A stretch of DNA of 64,000 nucleotides from Eledone cirrhosa (taxonomy: Eukaryota), in NCBI GenBank assembly GCA_964016885.1, contig CAXHJY010001318.1, positions 1 to 64,000 on the forward strand, read 5' to 3'. Under the pieces are notes generated by a model. That model was given only the letters and a program-made list of their open reading frames with translations, did no database searches and was not told the DNA's origin. This document shows positions 43,722-56,788 of this stretch, piece by piece. Position numbers and translations under genes: made by a program. How positions within the stretch are numbered: position 1 is the stretch's first letter; the number at the start of each line of letters is the position of its first letter.

Positions 43722-44143
43722 ATTGTATGACACTCTGTCTAGCTCTACACCTCGCTACTGACGTGAACCTAAACATCGAGTGCTCGGACACTTTAACATC
43801 TACAACTTCGTATCTACCTCATTCTAATTATACTCCGTCATTCTTATTTTAAAGAAGTAACATGACTTTCAGTGCTTGATTTGAATGTTTACTGTCGAAA
43901 CGGCTTGAGCTCAGCCGTCGGGGTCCTACTCGTTCCTATTACCCACTCTACTACCCTAAGTATTGAGTACTTTGGAGCGTTATGGTCCATCTGGTTCCTT
44001 ACCACATTTCCTTCGTTATATATATATATATATATATATTAGAAGATACAAGGATGTGTGGTTGCTGCATAAAGTGTATTTAGAAATAAGAGGAAAGCAG
44101 AACGGGATATATTTCCCTTCATCAGTTGTCTGTTGGGGACCAT

Positions 44144-44186
<43 letters not shown>

Positions 44187-44292
44187 ATGTTTGTGTATGT
44201 GTATGTGACTCAACCGGGCGCTGGGTAAGCAACATCAAAACATTCGCCCTTGTTATGTCACAGTATAAGTTAAAAAAAGACAAAAAAATATA

Positions 44293-44351
44293 GCTGCCTG
44301 ATGAGGTCGTGTCTATTCCATGATTAATACCATTGAAATGTATATAACAGC
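44293..44351 (+). ncRNA. Degenerate hammerhead motif
   Basis: gctgc-CTGATGA-ggt...acc att-GAAA-tgtatat-A-acagc. A related 3' half is on - near 15225-15250. Confidence 0.5.
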
Positions 44352-45193
44352 AATGATGTAATTAATAAAATGATGTAAGTTTCTAACACATTGCATTCTT
44401 CATCATTATATACCAAATCCCGCCGAGGTTGACTTTGCCTTTCATCCTTACGGGGTCGATAAAATAAAGTACCAGTAATTAACTGGGTATTTGCTGGCCT
44501 TGTGCCTAAAGTAGAAACAATTATATATGTATGTATATATATACATTATATATATATATTCATACACACATATATAGTCTCGCTGTAAATTTAGGCACAA
44601 GTTATAGAAACAGCAATCTTAAAAGGCAGCCCCCGCTTTTGCTCTATTAGAATTGTTCCATATTTGACAGCTTCTTCCGGCCCCTATAAAATGTCTCTCT
44701 TTATATGATGGATAGTGTATATATATATATATATACATACATATATACACATTGTATATATATATACATATATATATACACATTTATATATATATATATT
44801 TATATTTTGTGGTGTGGTCTGTGTCAATGTAATTGTGTATTAGCTTGTTTCTATATGAGTGTCTATATATATGTGTGTATGTATATATATATATATATAT
44901 AAAAACAAATAACGAAACGAAATTAAATTTCGTTTCGTTTGTAACTCACTTTTGTATGACTGACGCTTAAACAATTAAGTTAAAAATGTACATCCACATA
45001 TGTATACTGAAATACTAGTATGCATATGAATACACACACGTATACATATGTAGATGTACCGAGTTTTTCACTGGTCACTTTACTGTGAGTGTCCAGCTAT
45101 TCTGTATGTAAACACACAGACAAACCGGTTTTTAGAGTCATACTGGTTTTTGAGGAAACACCTTTCCTCTATTCTCCAGAAAGCCAGACAAGG

Positions 45194-45238
45194 AATATTG
45201 AACTAGTTTCGATGTTGTTACATCTCATCAGCAATATT
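45194..45238 (-). ncRNA. Type I hammerhead ribozyme, first of 11 copies on - in the left arm (every 466 bp, last at 49854-49898)
   Basis: Reverse complement of aatattgaactagtttcgatgttgttacatctcatcagcaatatt is the same motif as 50789-50833. Confidence 0.88.
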
Positions 45239-48200
45239 TACCTATCTTCCGGCCTTTTTAGAGAATCGTAAAAGCACATATCGTTATATGCTTTTTCTAT
45301 GAAAATTAGTAGTGGGCAGACTAATTTGCATAGACCGTGAGTACGTACCGGTTCAACGGAGACGATAAAAACAAATAACGAAACGAAATTAAATTTCGTT
45401 TCGTTTGTAACTCACTTTTGTATGACTGACGCTTAAACAATTAAGTTAAAAATGTACATCCACATATGTATACTGAAATACTAGTATGCATATGAATACA
45501 CACACGTATACATATGTAGATGTACCGAGTTTTTCACTGGTCACTTTACTGTGAGTGTCCAGCTATTCTGTATGTAAACACACAGACAAACCGGTTTTTA
45601 GAGTCATACTGGTTTTTGAGGAAACACCTTTCCTCTATTCTCCAGAAAGCCAGACAAGGAATATTGAACTAGTTTCGATGTTGTTACATCTCATCAGCAA
45701 TATTTACCTATCTTCCGGCCTTTTTAGAGAATCGTAAAAGCACATATCGTTATATGCTTTTTCTATGAAAATTAGTAGTGGGCAGACTAATTTGCATAGA
45801 CCGTGAGTACGTACCGGTTCAACGGAGACGATAAAAACAAATAACGAAACGAAATTAAATTTCGTTTCGTTTGTAACTCACTTTTGTATGACTGACGCTT
45901 AAACAATTAAGTTAAAAATGTACATCCACATATGTATACTGAAATACTAGTATGCATATGAATACACACACGTATACATATGTAGATGTACCGAGTTTTT
46001 CACTGGTCACTTTACTGTGAGTGTCCAGCTATTCTGTATGTAAACACACAGACAAACCGGTTTTTAGAGTCATACTGGTTTTTGAGGAAACACCTTTCCT
46101 CTATTCTCCAGAAAGCCAGACAAGGAATATTGAACTAGTTTCGATGTTGTTACATCTCATCAGCAATATTTACCTATCTTCCGGCCTTTTTAGAGAATCG
46201 TAAAAGCACATATCGTTATATGCTTTTTCTATGAAAATTAGTAGTGGGCAGACTAATTTGCATAGACCGTGAGTACGTACCGGTTCAACGGAGACGATAA
46301 AAACAAATAACGAAACGAAATTAAATTTCGTTTCGTTTGTAACTCACTTTTGTATGACTGACGCTTAAACAATTAAGTTAAAAATGTACATCCACATATG
46401 TATACTGAAATACTAGTATGCATATGAATACACACACGTATACATATGTAGATGTACCGAGTTTTTCACTGGTCACTTTACTGTGAGTGTCCAGCTATTC
46501 TGTATGTAAACACACAGACAAACCGGTTTTTAGAGTCATACTGGTTTTTGAGGAAACACCTTTCCTCTATTCTCCAGAAAGCCAGACAAGGAATATTGAA
46601 CTAGTTTCGATGTTGTTACATCTCATCAGCAATATTTACCTATCTTCCGGCCTTTTTAGAGAATCGTAAAAGCACATATCGTTATATGCTTTTTCTATGA
46701 AAATTAGTAGTGGGCAGACTAATTTGCATAGACCGTGAGTACGTACCGGTTCAACGGAGACGATAAAAACAAATAACGAAACGAAATTAAATTTCGTTTC
46801 GTTTGTAACTCACTTTTGTATGACTGACGCTTAAACAATTAAGTTAAAAATGTACATCCACATATGTATACTGAAATACTAGTATGCATATGAATACACA
46901 CACGTATACATATGTAGATGTACCGAGTTTTTCACTGGTCACTTTACTGTGAGTGTCCAGCTATTCTGTATGTAAACACACAGACAAACCGGTTTTTAGA
47001 GTCATACTGGTTTTTGAGGAAACACCTTTCCTCTATTCTCCAGAAAGCCAGACAAGGAATATTGAACTAGTTTCGATGTTGTTACATCTCATCAGCAATA
47101 TTTACCTATCTTCCGGCCTTTTTAGAGAATCGTAAAAGCACATATCGTTATATGCTTTTTCTATGAAAATTAGTAGTGGGCAGACTAATTTGCATAGACC
47201 GTGAGTACGTACCGGTTCAACGGAGACGATAAAAACAAATAACGAAACGAAATTAAATTTCGTTTCGTTTGTAACTCACTTTTGTATGACTGACGCTTAA
47301 ACAATTAAGTTAAAAATGTACATCCACATATGTATACTGAAATACTAGTATGCATATGAATACACACACGTATACATATGTAGATGTACCGAGTTTTTCA
47401 CTGGTCACTTTACTGTGAGTGTCCAGCTATTCTGTATGTAAACACACAGACAAACCGGTTTTTAGAGTCATACTGGTTTTTGAGGAAACACCTTTCCTCT
47501 ATTCTCCAGAAAGCCAGACAAGGAATATTGAACTAGTTTCGATGTTGTTACATCTCATCAGCAATATTTACCTATCTTCCGGCCTTTTTAGAGAATCGTA
47601 AAAGCACATATCGTTATATGCTTTTTCTATGAAAATTAGTAGTGGGCAGACTAATTTGCATAGACCGTGAGTACGTACCGGTTCAACGGAGACGATAAAA
47701 ACAAATAACGAAACGAAATTAAATTTCGTTTCGTTTGTAACTCACTTTTGTATGACTGACGCTTAAACAATTAAGTTAAAAATGTACATCCACATATGTA
47801 TACTGAAATACTAGTATGCATATGAATACACACACGTATACATATGTAGATGTACCGAGTTTTTCACTGGTCACTTTACTGTGAGTGTCCAGCTATTCTG
47901 TATGTAAACACACAGACAAACCGGTTTTTAGAGTCATACTGGTTTTTGAGGAAACACCTTTCCTCTATTCTCCAGAAAGCCAGACAAGGAATATTGAACT
48001 AGTTTCGATGTTGTTACATCTCATCAGCAATATTTACCTATCTTCCGGCCTTTTTAGAGAATCGTAAAAGCACATATCGTTATATGCTTTTTCTATGAAA
48101 ATTAGTAGTGGGCAGACTAATTTGCATAGACCGTGAGTACGTACCGGTTCAACGGAGACGATAAAAACAAATAACGAAACGAAATTAAATTTCGTTTCGT

Positions 48201-50788
48201 TTGTAACTCACTTTTGTATGACTGACGCTTAAACAATTAAGTTAAAAATGTACATCCACATATGTATACTGAAATACTAGTATGCATATGAATACACACA
48301 CGTATACATATGTAGATGTACCGAGTTTTTCACTGGTCACTTTACTGTGAGTGTCCAGCTATTCTGTATGTAAACACACAGACAAACCGGTTTTTAGAGT
48401 CATACTGGTTTTTGAGGAAACACCTTTCCTCTATTCTCCAGAAAGCCAGACAAGGAATATTGAACTAGTTTCGATGTTGTTACATCTCATCAGCAATATT
48501 TACCTATCTTCCGGCCTTTTTAGAGAATCGTAAAAGCACATATCGTTATATGCTTTTTCTATGAAAATTAGTAGTGGGCAGACTAATTTGCATAGACCGT
48601 GAGTACGTACCGGTTCAACGGAGACGATAAAAACAAATAACGAAACGAAATTAAATTTCGTTTCGTTTGTAACTCACTTTTGTATGACTGACGCTTAAAC
48701 AATTAAGTTAAAAATGTACATCCACATATGTATACTGAAATACTAGTATGCATATGAATACACACACGTATACATATGTAGATGTACCGAGTTTTTCACT
48801 GGTCACTTTACTGTGAGTGTCCAGCTATTCTGTATGTAAACACACAGACAAACCGGTTTTTAGAGTCATACTGGTTTTTGAGGAAACACCTTTCCTCTAT
48901 TCTCCAGAAAGCCAGACAAGGAATATTGAACTAGTTTCGATGTTGTTACATCTCATCAGCAATATTTACCTATCTTCCGGCCTTTTTAGAGAATCGTAAA
49001 AGCACATATCGTTATATGCTTTTTCTATGAAAATTAGTAGTGGGCAGACTAATTTGCATAGACCGTGAGTACGTACCGGTTCAACGGAGACGATAAAAAC
49101 AAATAACGAAACGAAATTAAATTTCGTTTCGTTTGTAACTCACTTTTGTATGACTGACGCTTAAACAATTAAGTTAAAAATGTACATCCACATATGTATA
49201 CTGAAATACTAGTATGCATATGAATACACACACGTATACATATGTAGATGTACCGAGTTTTTCACTGGTCACTTTACTGTGAGTGTCCAGCTATTCTGTA
49301 TGTAAACACACAGACAAACCGGTTTTTAGAGTCATACTGGTTTTTGAGGAAACACCTTTCCTCTATTCTCCAGAAAGCCAGACAAGGAATATTGAACTAG
49401 TTTCGATGTTGTTACATCTCATCAGCAATATTTACCTATCTTCCGGCCTTTTTAGAGAATCGTAAAAGCACATATCGTTATATGCTTTTTCTATGAAAAT
49501 TAGTAGTGGGCAGACTAATTTGCATAGACCGTGAGTACGTACCGGTTCAACGGAGACGATAAAAACAAATAACGAAACGAAATTAAATTTCGTTTCGTTT
49601 GTAACTCACTTTTGTATGACTGACGCTTAAACAATTAAGTTAAAAATGTACATCCACATATGTATACTGAAATACTAGTATGCATATGAATACACACACG
49701 TATACATATGTAGATGTACCGAGTTTTTCACTGGTCACTTTACTGTGAGTGTCCAGCTATTCTGTATGTAAACACACAGACAAACCGGTTTTTAGAGTCA
49801 TACTGGTTTTTGAGGAAACACCTTTCCTCTATTCTCCAGAAAGCCAGACAAGGAATATTGAACTAGTTTCGATGTTGTTACATCTCATCAGCAATATTTA
49901 CCTATCTTCCGGCCTTTTTAGAGAATCGTAAAAGCACATATCGTTATATGCTTTTTCTATGAAAATTAGTAGTGGGCAGACTAATTTGCATAGACCGTGA
50001 GTACGTACCGGTTCAACGGAGACGATAAAAACAAATAACGAAACGAAATTAAATTTCGTTTCGTTTGTAACTCACTTTTGTATGACTGACGCTTAAACAA
50101 TTAAGTTAAAAATGTACATCCACATATGTATACTGAAATACTAGTATGCATATGAATACACACACGTATACATATGTAGATGTACCGAGTTTTTCACTGG
50201 TCACTTTACTGTGAGTGTCCAGCTATTCTGTATGTAAACACACAGACAAACCGGTTTTTAGAGTCATACTGGTTTTTGAGGAAACACCTTTCCTCTATTC
50301 TCCAGAAAGCCAGACAAGGAATATTGAACTAGTTTCGATGTTGTTACATCGAAACTAGTTCAATATTCCTTGTCTGGCTTTCTGGAGAATAGAGGAAAGG
50401 TGTTTCCTCAAAAACCAGTATGACTCTAAAAACCGGTTTGTCTGTGTGTTTACATACAGAATAGCTGGACACTCACAGTAAAGTGACCAGTGAAAAACTC
50501 GGTACATCTACATATGTATACGTGTGTGTATTCATATGCATACTAGTATTTCAGTATACATATGTGGATGTACATTTTTAACTTAATTGTTTAAGCGTCA
50601 GTCATACAAAAGTGAGTTACAAACGAAACGAAATTTAATTTCGTTTCGTTATTTGTTTTTATCGTCTCCGTTGAACCGGTACGTACTCACGGTCTATGCA
50701 AATTAGTCTGCCCACTACTAATTTTCATAGAAAAAGCATATAACGATATGTGCTTTTACGATTCTCTAAAAAGGCCGGAAGATAGGTA

Positions 50789-50833
50789 AATATTGCTGAT
50801 GAGATGTAACAACATCGAAACTAGTTCAATATT
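50789..50833 (+). ncRNA. Type I hammerhead ribozyme, first of 12 copies on + in the right arm (every 466 bp, last at 55915-55959)
   Basis: Helix I aatattg/caatatt; core CTGATGA; helix II gatgt-aaca-acatc; GAAA; palindromic helix III aactagtt; NUH triplet GUU with predicted cleavage after 50826. Matches the hammerhead consensus. Confidence 0.88.
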
Positions 50834-53800
50834 CCTTGTCTGGCTTTCTGGAGAATAGAGGAAAGGTGTTTCCTCAAAAACCAGTATGACTCTAAAAACC
50901 GGTTTGTCTGTGTGTTTACATACAGAATAGCTGGACACTCACAGTAAAGTGACCAGTGAAAAACTCGGTACATCTACATATGTATACGTGTGTGTATTCA
51001 TATGCATACTAGTATTTCAGTATACATATGTGGATGTACATTTTTAACTTAATTGTTTAAGCGTCAGTCATACAAAAGTGAGTTACAAACGAAACGAAAT
51101 TTAATTTCGTTTCGTTATTTGTTTTTATCGTCTCCGTTGAACCGGTACGTACTCACGGTCTATGCAAATTAGTCTGCCCACTACTAATTTTCATAGAAAA
51201 AGCATATAACGATATGTGCTTTTACGATTCTCTAAAAAGGCCGGAAGATAGGTAAATATTGCTGATGAGATGTAACAACATCGAAACTAGTTCAATATTC
51301 CTTGTCTGGCTTTCTGGAGAATAGAGGAAAGGTGTTTCCTCAAAAACCAGTATGACTCTAAAAACCGGTTTGTCTGTGTGTTTACATACAGAATAGCTGG
51401 ACACTCACAGTAAAGTGACCAGTGAAAAACTCGGTACATCTACATATGTATACGTGTGTGTATTCATATGCATACTAGTATTTCAGTATACATATGTGGA
51501 TGTACATTTTTAACTTAATTGTTTAAGCGTCAGTCATACAAAAGTGAGTTACAAACGAAACGAAATTTAATTTCGTTTCGTTATTTGTTTTTATCGTCTC
51601 CGTTGAACCGGTACGTACTCACGGTCTATGCAAATTAGTCTGCCCACTACTAATTTTCATAGAAAAAGCATATAACGATATGTGCTTTTACGATTCTCTA
51701 AAAAGGCCGGAAGATAGGTAAATATTGCTGATGAGATGTAACAACATCGAAACTAGTTCAATATTCCTTGTCTGGCTTTCTGGAGAATAGAGGAAAGGTG
51801 TTTCCTCAAAAACCAGTATGACTCTAAAAACCGGTTTGTCTGTGTGTTTACATACAGAATAGCTGGACACTCACAGTAAAGTGACCAGTGAAAAACTCGG
51901 TACATCTACATATGTATACGTGTGTGTATTCATATGCATACTAGTATTTCAGTATACATATGTGGATGTACATTTTTAACTTAATTGTTTAAGCGTCAGT
52001 CATACAAAAGTGAGTTACAAACGAAACGAAATTTAATTTCGTTTCGTTATTTGTTTTTATCGTCTCCGTTGAACCGGTACGTACTCACGGTCTATGCAAA
52101 TTAGTCTGCCCACTACTAATTTTCATAGAAAAAGCATATAACGATATGTGCTTTTACGATTCTCTAAAAAGGCCGGAAGATAGGTAAATATTGCTGATGA
52201 GATGTAACAACATCGAAACTAGTTCAATATTCCTTGTCTGGCTTTCTGGAGAATAGAGGAAAGGTGTTTCCTCAAAAACCAGTATGACTCTAAAAACCGG
52301 TTTGTCTGTGTGTTTACATACAGAATAGCTGGACACTCACAGTAAAGTGACCAGTGAAAAACTCGGTACATCTACATATGTATACGTGTGTGTATTCATA
52401 TGCATACTAGTATTTCAGTATACATATGTGGATGTACATTTTTAACTTAATTGTTTAAGCGTCAGTCATACAAAAGTGAGTTACAAACGAAACGAAATTT
52501 AATTTCGTTTCGTTATTTGTTTTTATCGTCTCCGTTGAACCGGTACGTACTCACGGTCTATGCAAATTAGTCTGCCCACTACTAATTTTCATAGAAAAAG
52601 CATATAACGATATGTGCTTTTACGATTCTCTAAAAAGGCCGGAAGATAGGTAAATATTGCTGATGAGATGTAACAACATCGAAACTAGTTCAATATTCCT
52701 TGTCTGGCTTTCTGGAGAATAGAGGAAAGGTGTTTCCTCAAAAACCAGTATGACTCTAAAAACCGGTTTGTCTGTGTGTTTACATACAGAATAGCTGGAC
52801 ACTCACAGTAAAGTGACCAGTGAAAAACTCGGTACATCTACATATGTATACGTGTGTGTATTCATATGCATACTAGTATTTCAGTATACATATGTGGATG
52901 TACATTTTTAACTTAATTGTTTAAGCGTCAGTCATACAAAAGTGAGTTACAAACGAAACGAAATTTAATTTCGTTTCGTTATTTGTTTTTATCGTCTCCG
53001 TTGAACCGGTACGTACTCACGGTCTATGCAAATTAGTCTGCCCACTACTAATTTTCATAGAAAAAGCATATAACGATATGTGCTTTTACGATTCTCTAAA
53101 AAGGCCGGAAGATAGGTAAATATTGCTGATGAGATGTAACAACATCGAAACTAGTTCAATATTCCTTGTCTGGCTTTCTGGAGAATAGAGGAAAGGTGTT
53201 TCCTCAAAAACCAGTATGACTCTAAAAACCGGTTTGTCTGTGTGTTTACATACAGAATAGCTGGACACTCACAGTAAAGTGACCAGTGAAAAACTCGGTA
53301 CATCTACATATGTATACGTGTGTGTATTCATATGCATACTAGTATTTCAGTATACATATGTGGATGTACATTTTTAACTTAATTGTTTAAGCGTCAGTCA
53401 TACAAAAGTGAGTTACAAACGAAACGAAATTTAATTTCGTTTCGTTATTTGTTTTTATCGTCTCCGTTGAACCGGTACGTACTCACGGTCTATGCAAATT
53501 AGTCTGCCCACTACTAATTTTCATAGAAAAAGCATATAACGATATGTGCTTTTACGATTCTCTAAAAAGGCCGGAAGATAGGTAAATATTGCTGATGAGA
53601 TGTAACAACATCGAAACTAGTTCAATATTCCTTGTCTGGCTTTCTGGAGAATAGAGGAAAGGTGTTTCCTCAAAAACCAGTATGACTCTAAAAACCGGTT
53701 TGTCTGTGTGTTTACATACAGAATAGCTGGACACTCACAGTAAAGTGACCAGTGAAAAACTCGGTACATCTACATATGTATACGTGTGTGTATTCATATG

Positions 53801-56180
53801 CATACTAGTATTTCAGTATACATATGTGGATGTACATTTTTAACTTAATTGTTTAAGCGTCAGTCATACAAAAGTGAGTTACAAACGAAACGAAATTTAA
53901 TTTCGTTTCGTTATTTGTTTTTATCGTCTCCGTTGAACCGGTACGTACTCACGGTCTATGCAAATTAGTCTGCCCACTACTAATTTTCATAGAAAAAGCA
54001 TATAACGATATGTGCTTTTACGATTCTCTAAAAAGGCCGGAAGATAGGTAAATATTGCTGATGAGATGTAACAACATCGAAACTAGTTCAATATTCCTTG
54101 TCTGGCTTTCTGGAGAATAGAGGAAAGGTGTTTCCTCAAAAACCAGTATGACTCTAAAAACCGGTTTGTCTGTGTGTTTACATACAGAATAGCTGGACAC
54201 TCACAGTAAAGTGACCAGTGAAAAACTCGGTACATCTACATATGTATACGTGTGTGTATTCATATGCATACTAGTATTTCAGTATACATATGTGGATGTA
54301 CATTTTTAACTTAATTGTTTAAGCGTCAGTCATACAAAAGTGAGTTACAAACGAAACGAAATTTAATTTCGTTTCGTTATTTGTTTTTATCGTCTCCGTT
54401 GAACCGGTACGTACTCACGGTCTATGCAAATTAGTCTGCCCACTACTAATTTTCATAGAAAAAGCATATAACGATATGTGCTTTTACGATTCTCTAAAAA
54501 GGCCGGAAGATAGGTAAATATTGCTGATGAGATGTAACAACATCGAAACTAGTTCAATATTCCTTGTCTGGCTTTCTGGAGAATAGAGGAAAGGTGTTTC
54601 CTCAAAAACCAGTATGACTCTAAAAACCGGTTTGTCTGTGTGTTTACATACAGAATAGCTGGACACTCACAGTAAAGTGACCAGTGAAAAACTCGGTACA
54701 TCTACATATGTATACGTGTGTGTATTCATATGCATACTAGTATTTCAGTATACATATGTGGATGTACATTTTTAACTTAATTGTTTAAGCGTCAGTCATA
54801 CAAAAGTGAGTTACAAACGAAACGAAATTTAATTTCGTTTCGTTATTTGTTTTTATCGTCTCCGTTGAACCGGTACGTACTCACGGTCTATGCAAATTAG
54901 TCTGCCCACTACTAATTTTCATAGAAAAAGCATATAACGATATGTGCTTTTACGATTCTCTAAAAAGGCCGGAAGATAGGTAAATATTGCTGATGAGATG
55001 TAACAACATCGAAACTAGTTCAATATTCCTTGTCTGGCTTTCTGGAGAATAGAGGAAAGGTGTTTCCTCAAAAACCAGTATGACTCTAAAAACCGGTTTG
55101 TCTGTGTGTTTACATACAGAATAGCTGGACACTCACAGTAAAGTGACCAGTGAAAAACTCGGTACATCTACATATGTATACGTGTGTGTATTCATATGCA
55201 TACTAGTATTTCAGTATACATATGTGGATGTACATTTTTAACTTAATTGTTTAAGCGTCAGTCATACAAAAGTGAGTTACAAACGAAACGAAATTTAATT
55301 TCGTTTCGTTATTTGTTTTTATCGTCTCCGTTGAACCGGTACGTACTCACGGTCTATGCAAATTAGTCTGCCCACTACTAATTTTCATAGAAAAAGCATA
55401 TAACGATATGTGCTTTTACGATTCTCTAAAAAGGCCGGAAGATAGGTAAATATTGCTGATGAGATGTAACAACATCGAAACTAGTTCAATATTCCTTGTC
55501 TGGCTTTCTGGAGAATAGAGGAAAGGTGTTTCCTCAAAAACCAGTATGACTCTAAAAACCGGTTTGTCTGTGTGTTTACATACAGAATAGCTGGACACTC
55601 ACAGTAAAGTGACCAGTGAAAAACTCGGTACATCTACATATGTATACGTGTGTGTATTCATATGCATACTAGTATTTCAGTATACATATGTGGATGTACA
55701 TTTTTAACTTAATTGTTTAAGCGTCAGTCATACAAAAGTGAGTTACAAACGAAACGAAATTTAATTTCGTTTCGTTATTTGTTTTTATCGTCTCCGTTGA
55801 ACCGGTACGTACTCACGGTCTATGCAAATTAGTCTGCCCACTACTAATTTTCATAGAAAAAGCATATAACGATATGTGCTTTTACGATTCTCTAAAAAGG
55901 CCGGAAGATAGGTAAATATTGCTGATGAGATGTAACAACATCGAAACTAGTTCAATATTCCTTGTCTGGCTTTCTGGAGAATAGAGGAAAGGTGTTTCCT
56001 CAAAAACCAGTATGACTCTAAAAACCGGTTTGTCTGTGTGTTTACATACAGAATAGCTGGACACTCACAGTAAAGTGACCAGTGAAAAACTCGGTACATC
56101 TACATATGTATACGTGTGTGTATTCATATGCATACTAGTATTTCAGTATACATATGTGGATGTACATTTTTAACTTAATT

Positions 56181-56220
<40 letters not shown>

Positions 56221-56314
56221 TTGTGTGACTTTCATGTGGTTGTCCATGGTGTAATTTTCTGTCACATATTCTCTATTTTGTGCTCAAGTATGTCTTCACG
56301 TGTGTGTATAACAA

Positions 56315-56362
<48 letters not shown>

Positions 56363-56491
56363 TTAAACATTCGTTTTATGTTTGCAAAAGTGTGTTCCTT
56401 TGTCGCGTGTCATATATATGTATAATATGTGTATATATGTGTATAAGTTTGTGGGTATGTGTAAGTATATATATATATATATATATATATA

Positions 56492-56757
56492 TAACGAAGG
56501 AAATGTGGTAAGGAACCAGGTGGACCATAACGCACCAAAGTACTCAATACTTAGGGTAGTAGAGTGGGTAATAGGAACGAGTAGGACCCCGACGGCTGAG
56601 CTCAAGCCGTTTCGACGGCTAATTCTGGACTAAATGAAAATTTTTATCCTGGTATATGAATAGCCGGCTATTCATATACCAGGATAAAAATTTTCATTTA
56701 ATCCAGAATTAGCCGTCGAAACGGCTTGAGCTCAGCCGTCGGGGTCCTACTCGTTCC

Positions 56758-56760
<3 letters not shown>
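56492..56760. mobile_element. Fold-back element, family B (3' half of a hammerhead), in (TA)n
   Basis: Near-perfect palindrome ~56572-56759 centred at tagcc|ggcta (56665/56666). Contains GAAAC-ggct tgagctc agcc-GTC. Other family B pieces at ~1790-1890, 12890-12962, 15363-15420 and 43860-44020. Confidence 0.78.

Positions 56761-56788
<28 letters not shown>

Larger units (their letters stand above)
44899..56185. repeat. Giant inverted tandem array of 466-bp hammerhead-ribozyme units (retrozyme-like), flanked by (TA)n
   Basis: The 466-bp period is visible directly (aaaaacaaat at 44901, 45367, ...; ORF track repeats every 466 bp). Left arm 44899-50341 (~11.7 units), 4-nt spacer tgtt at 50342-50345, right arm 50346-56185 (~12.5 units) in opposite orientation. 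(TA)n on both sides. No unit differences seen by eye. Confidence 0.97.

Noticed and set aside
44901-45366. Second, opposite-polarity ribozyme in the unit (viroid-like ambisense pair)
   Set aside because: No CTGANGA on the other strand, only ctgacgc and ctgaaat. Other ribozyme classes cannot be excluded without a covariance-model search.
45089-56064. 23 copies of a 60-aa ORF (MSSYSVCKHT...) as a tandem gene array
   Set aside because: GTG start, no recognisable domain, and it lies antisense across the hammerhead. It is a by-product of the repeat.
44899-56185. Giant palindrome as a simple fold-back read or assembly artefact
   Set aside because: The symmetry stops at the array edges, the flanks differ, the arms are unequal, and small elements in the window share the geometry. 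Copy number and perfect identity still need read-level confirmation.
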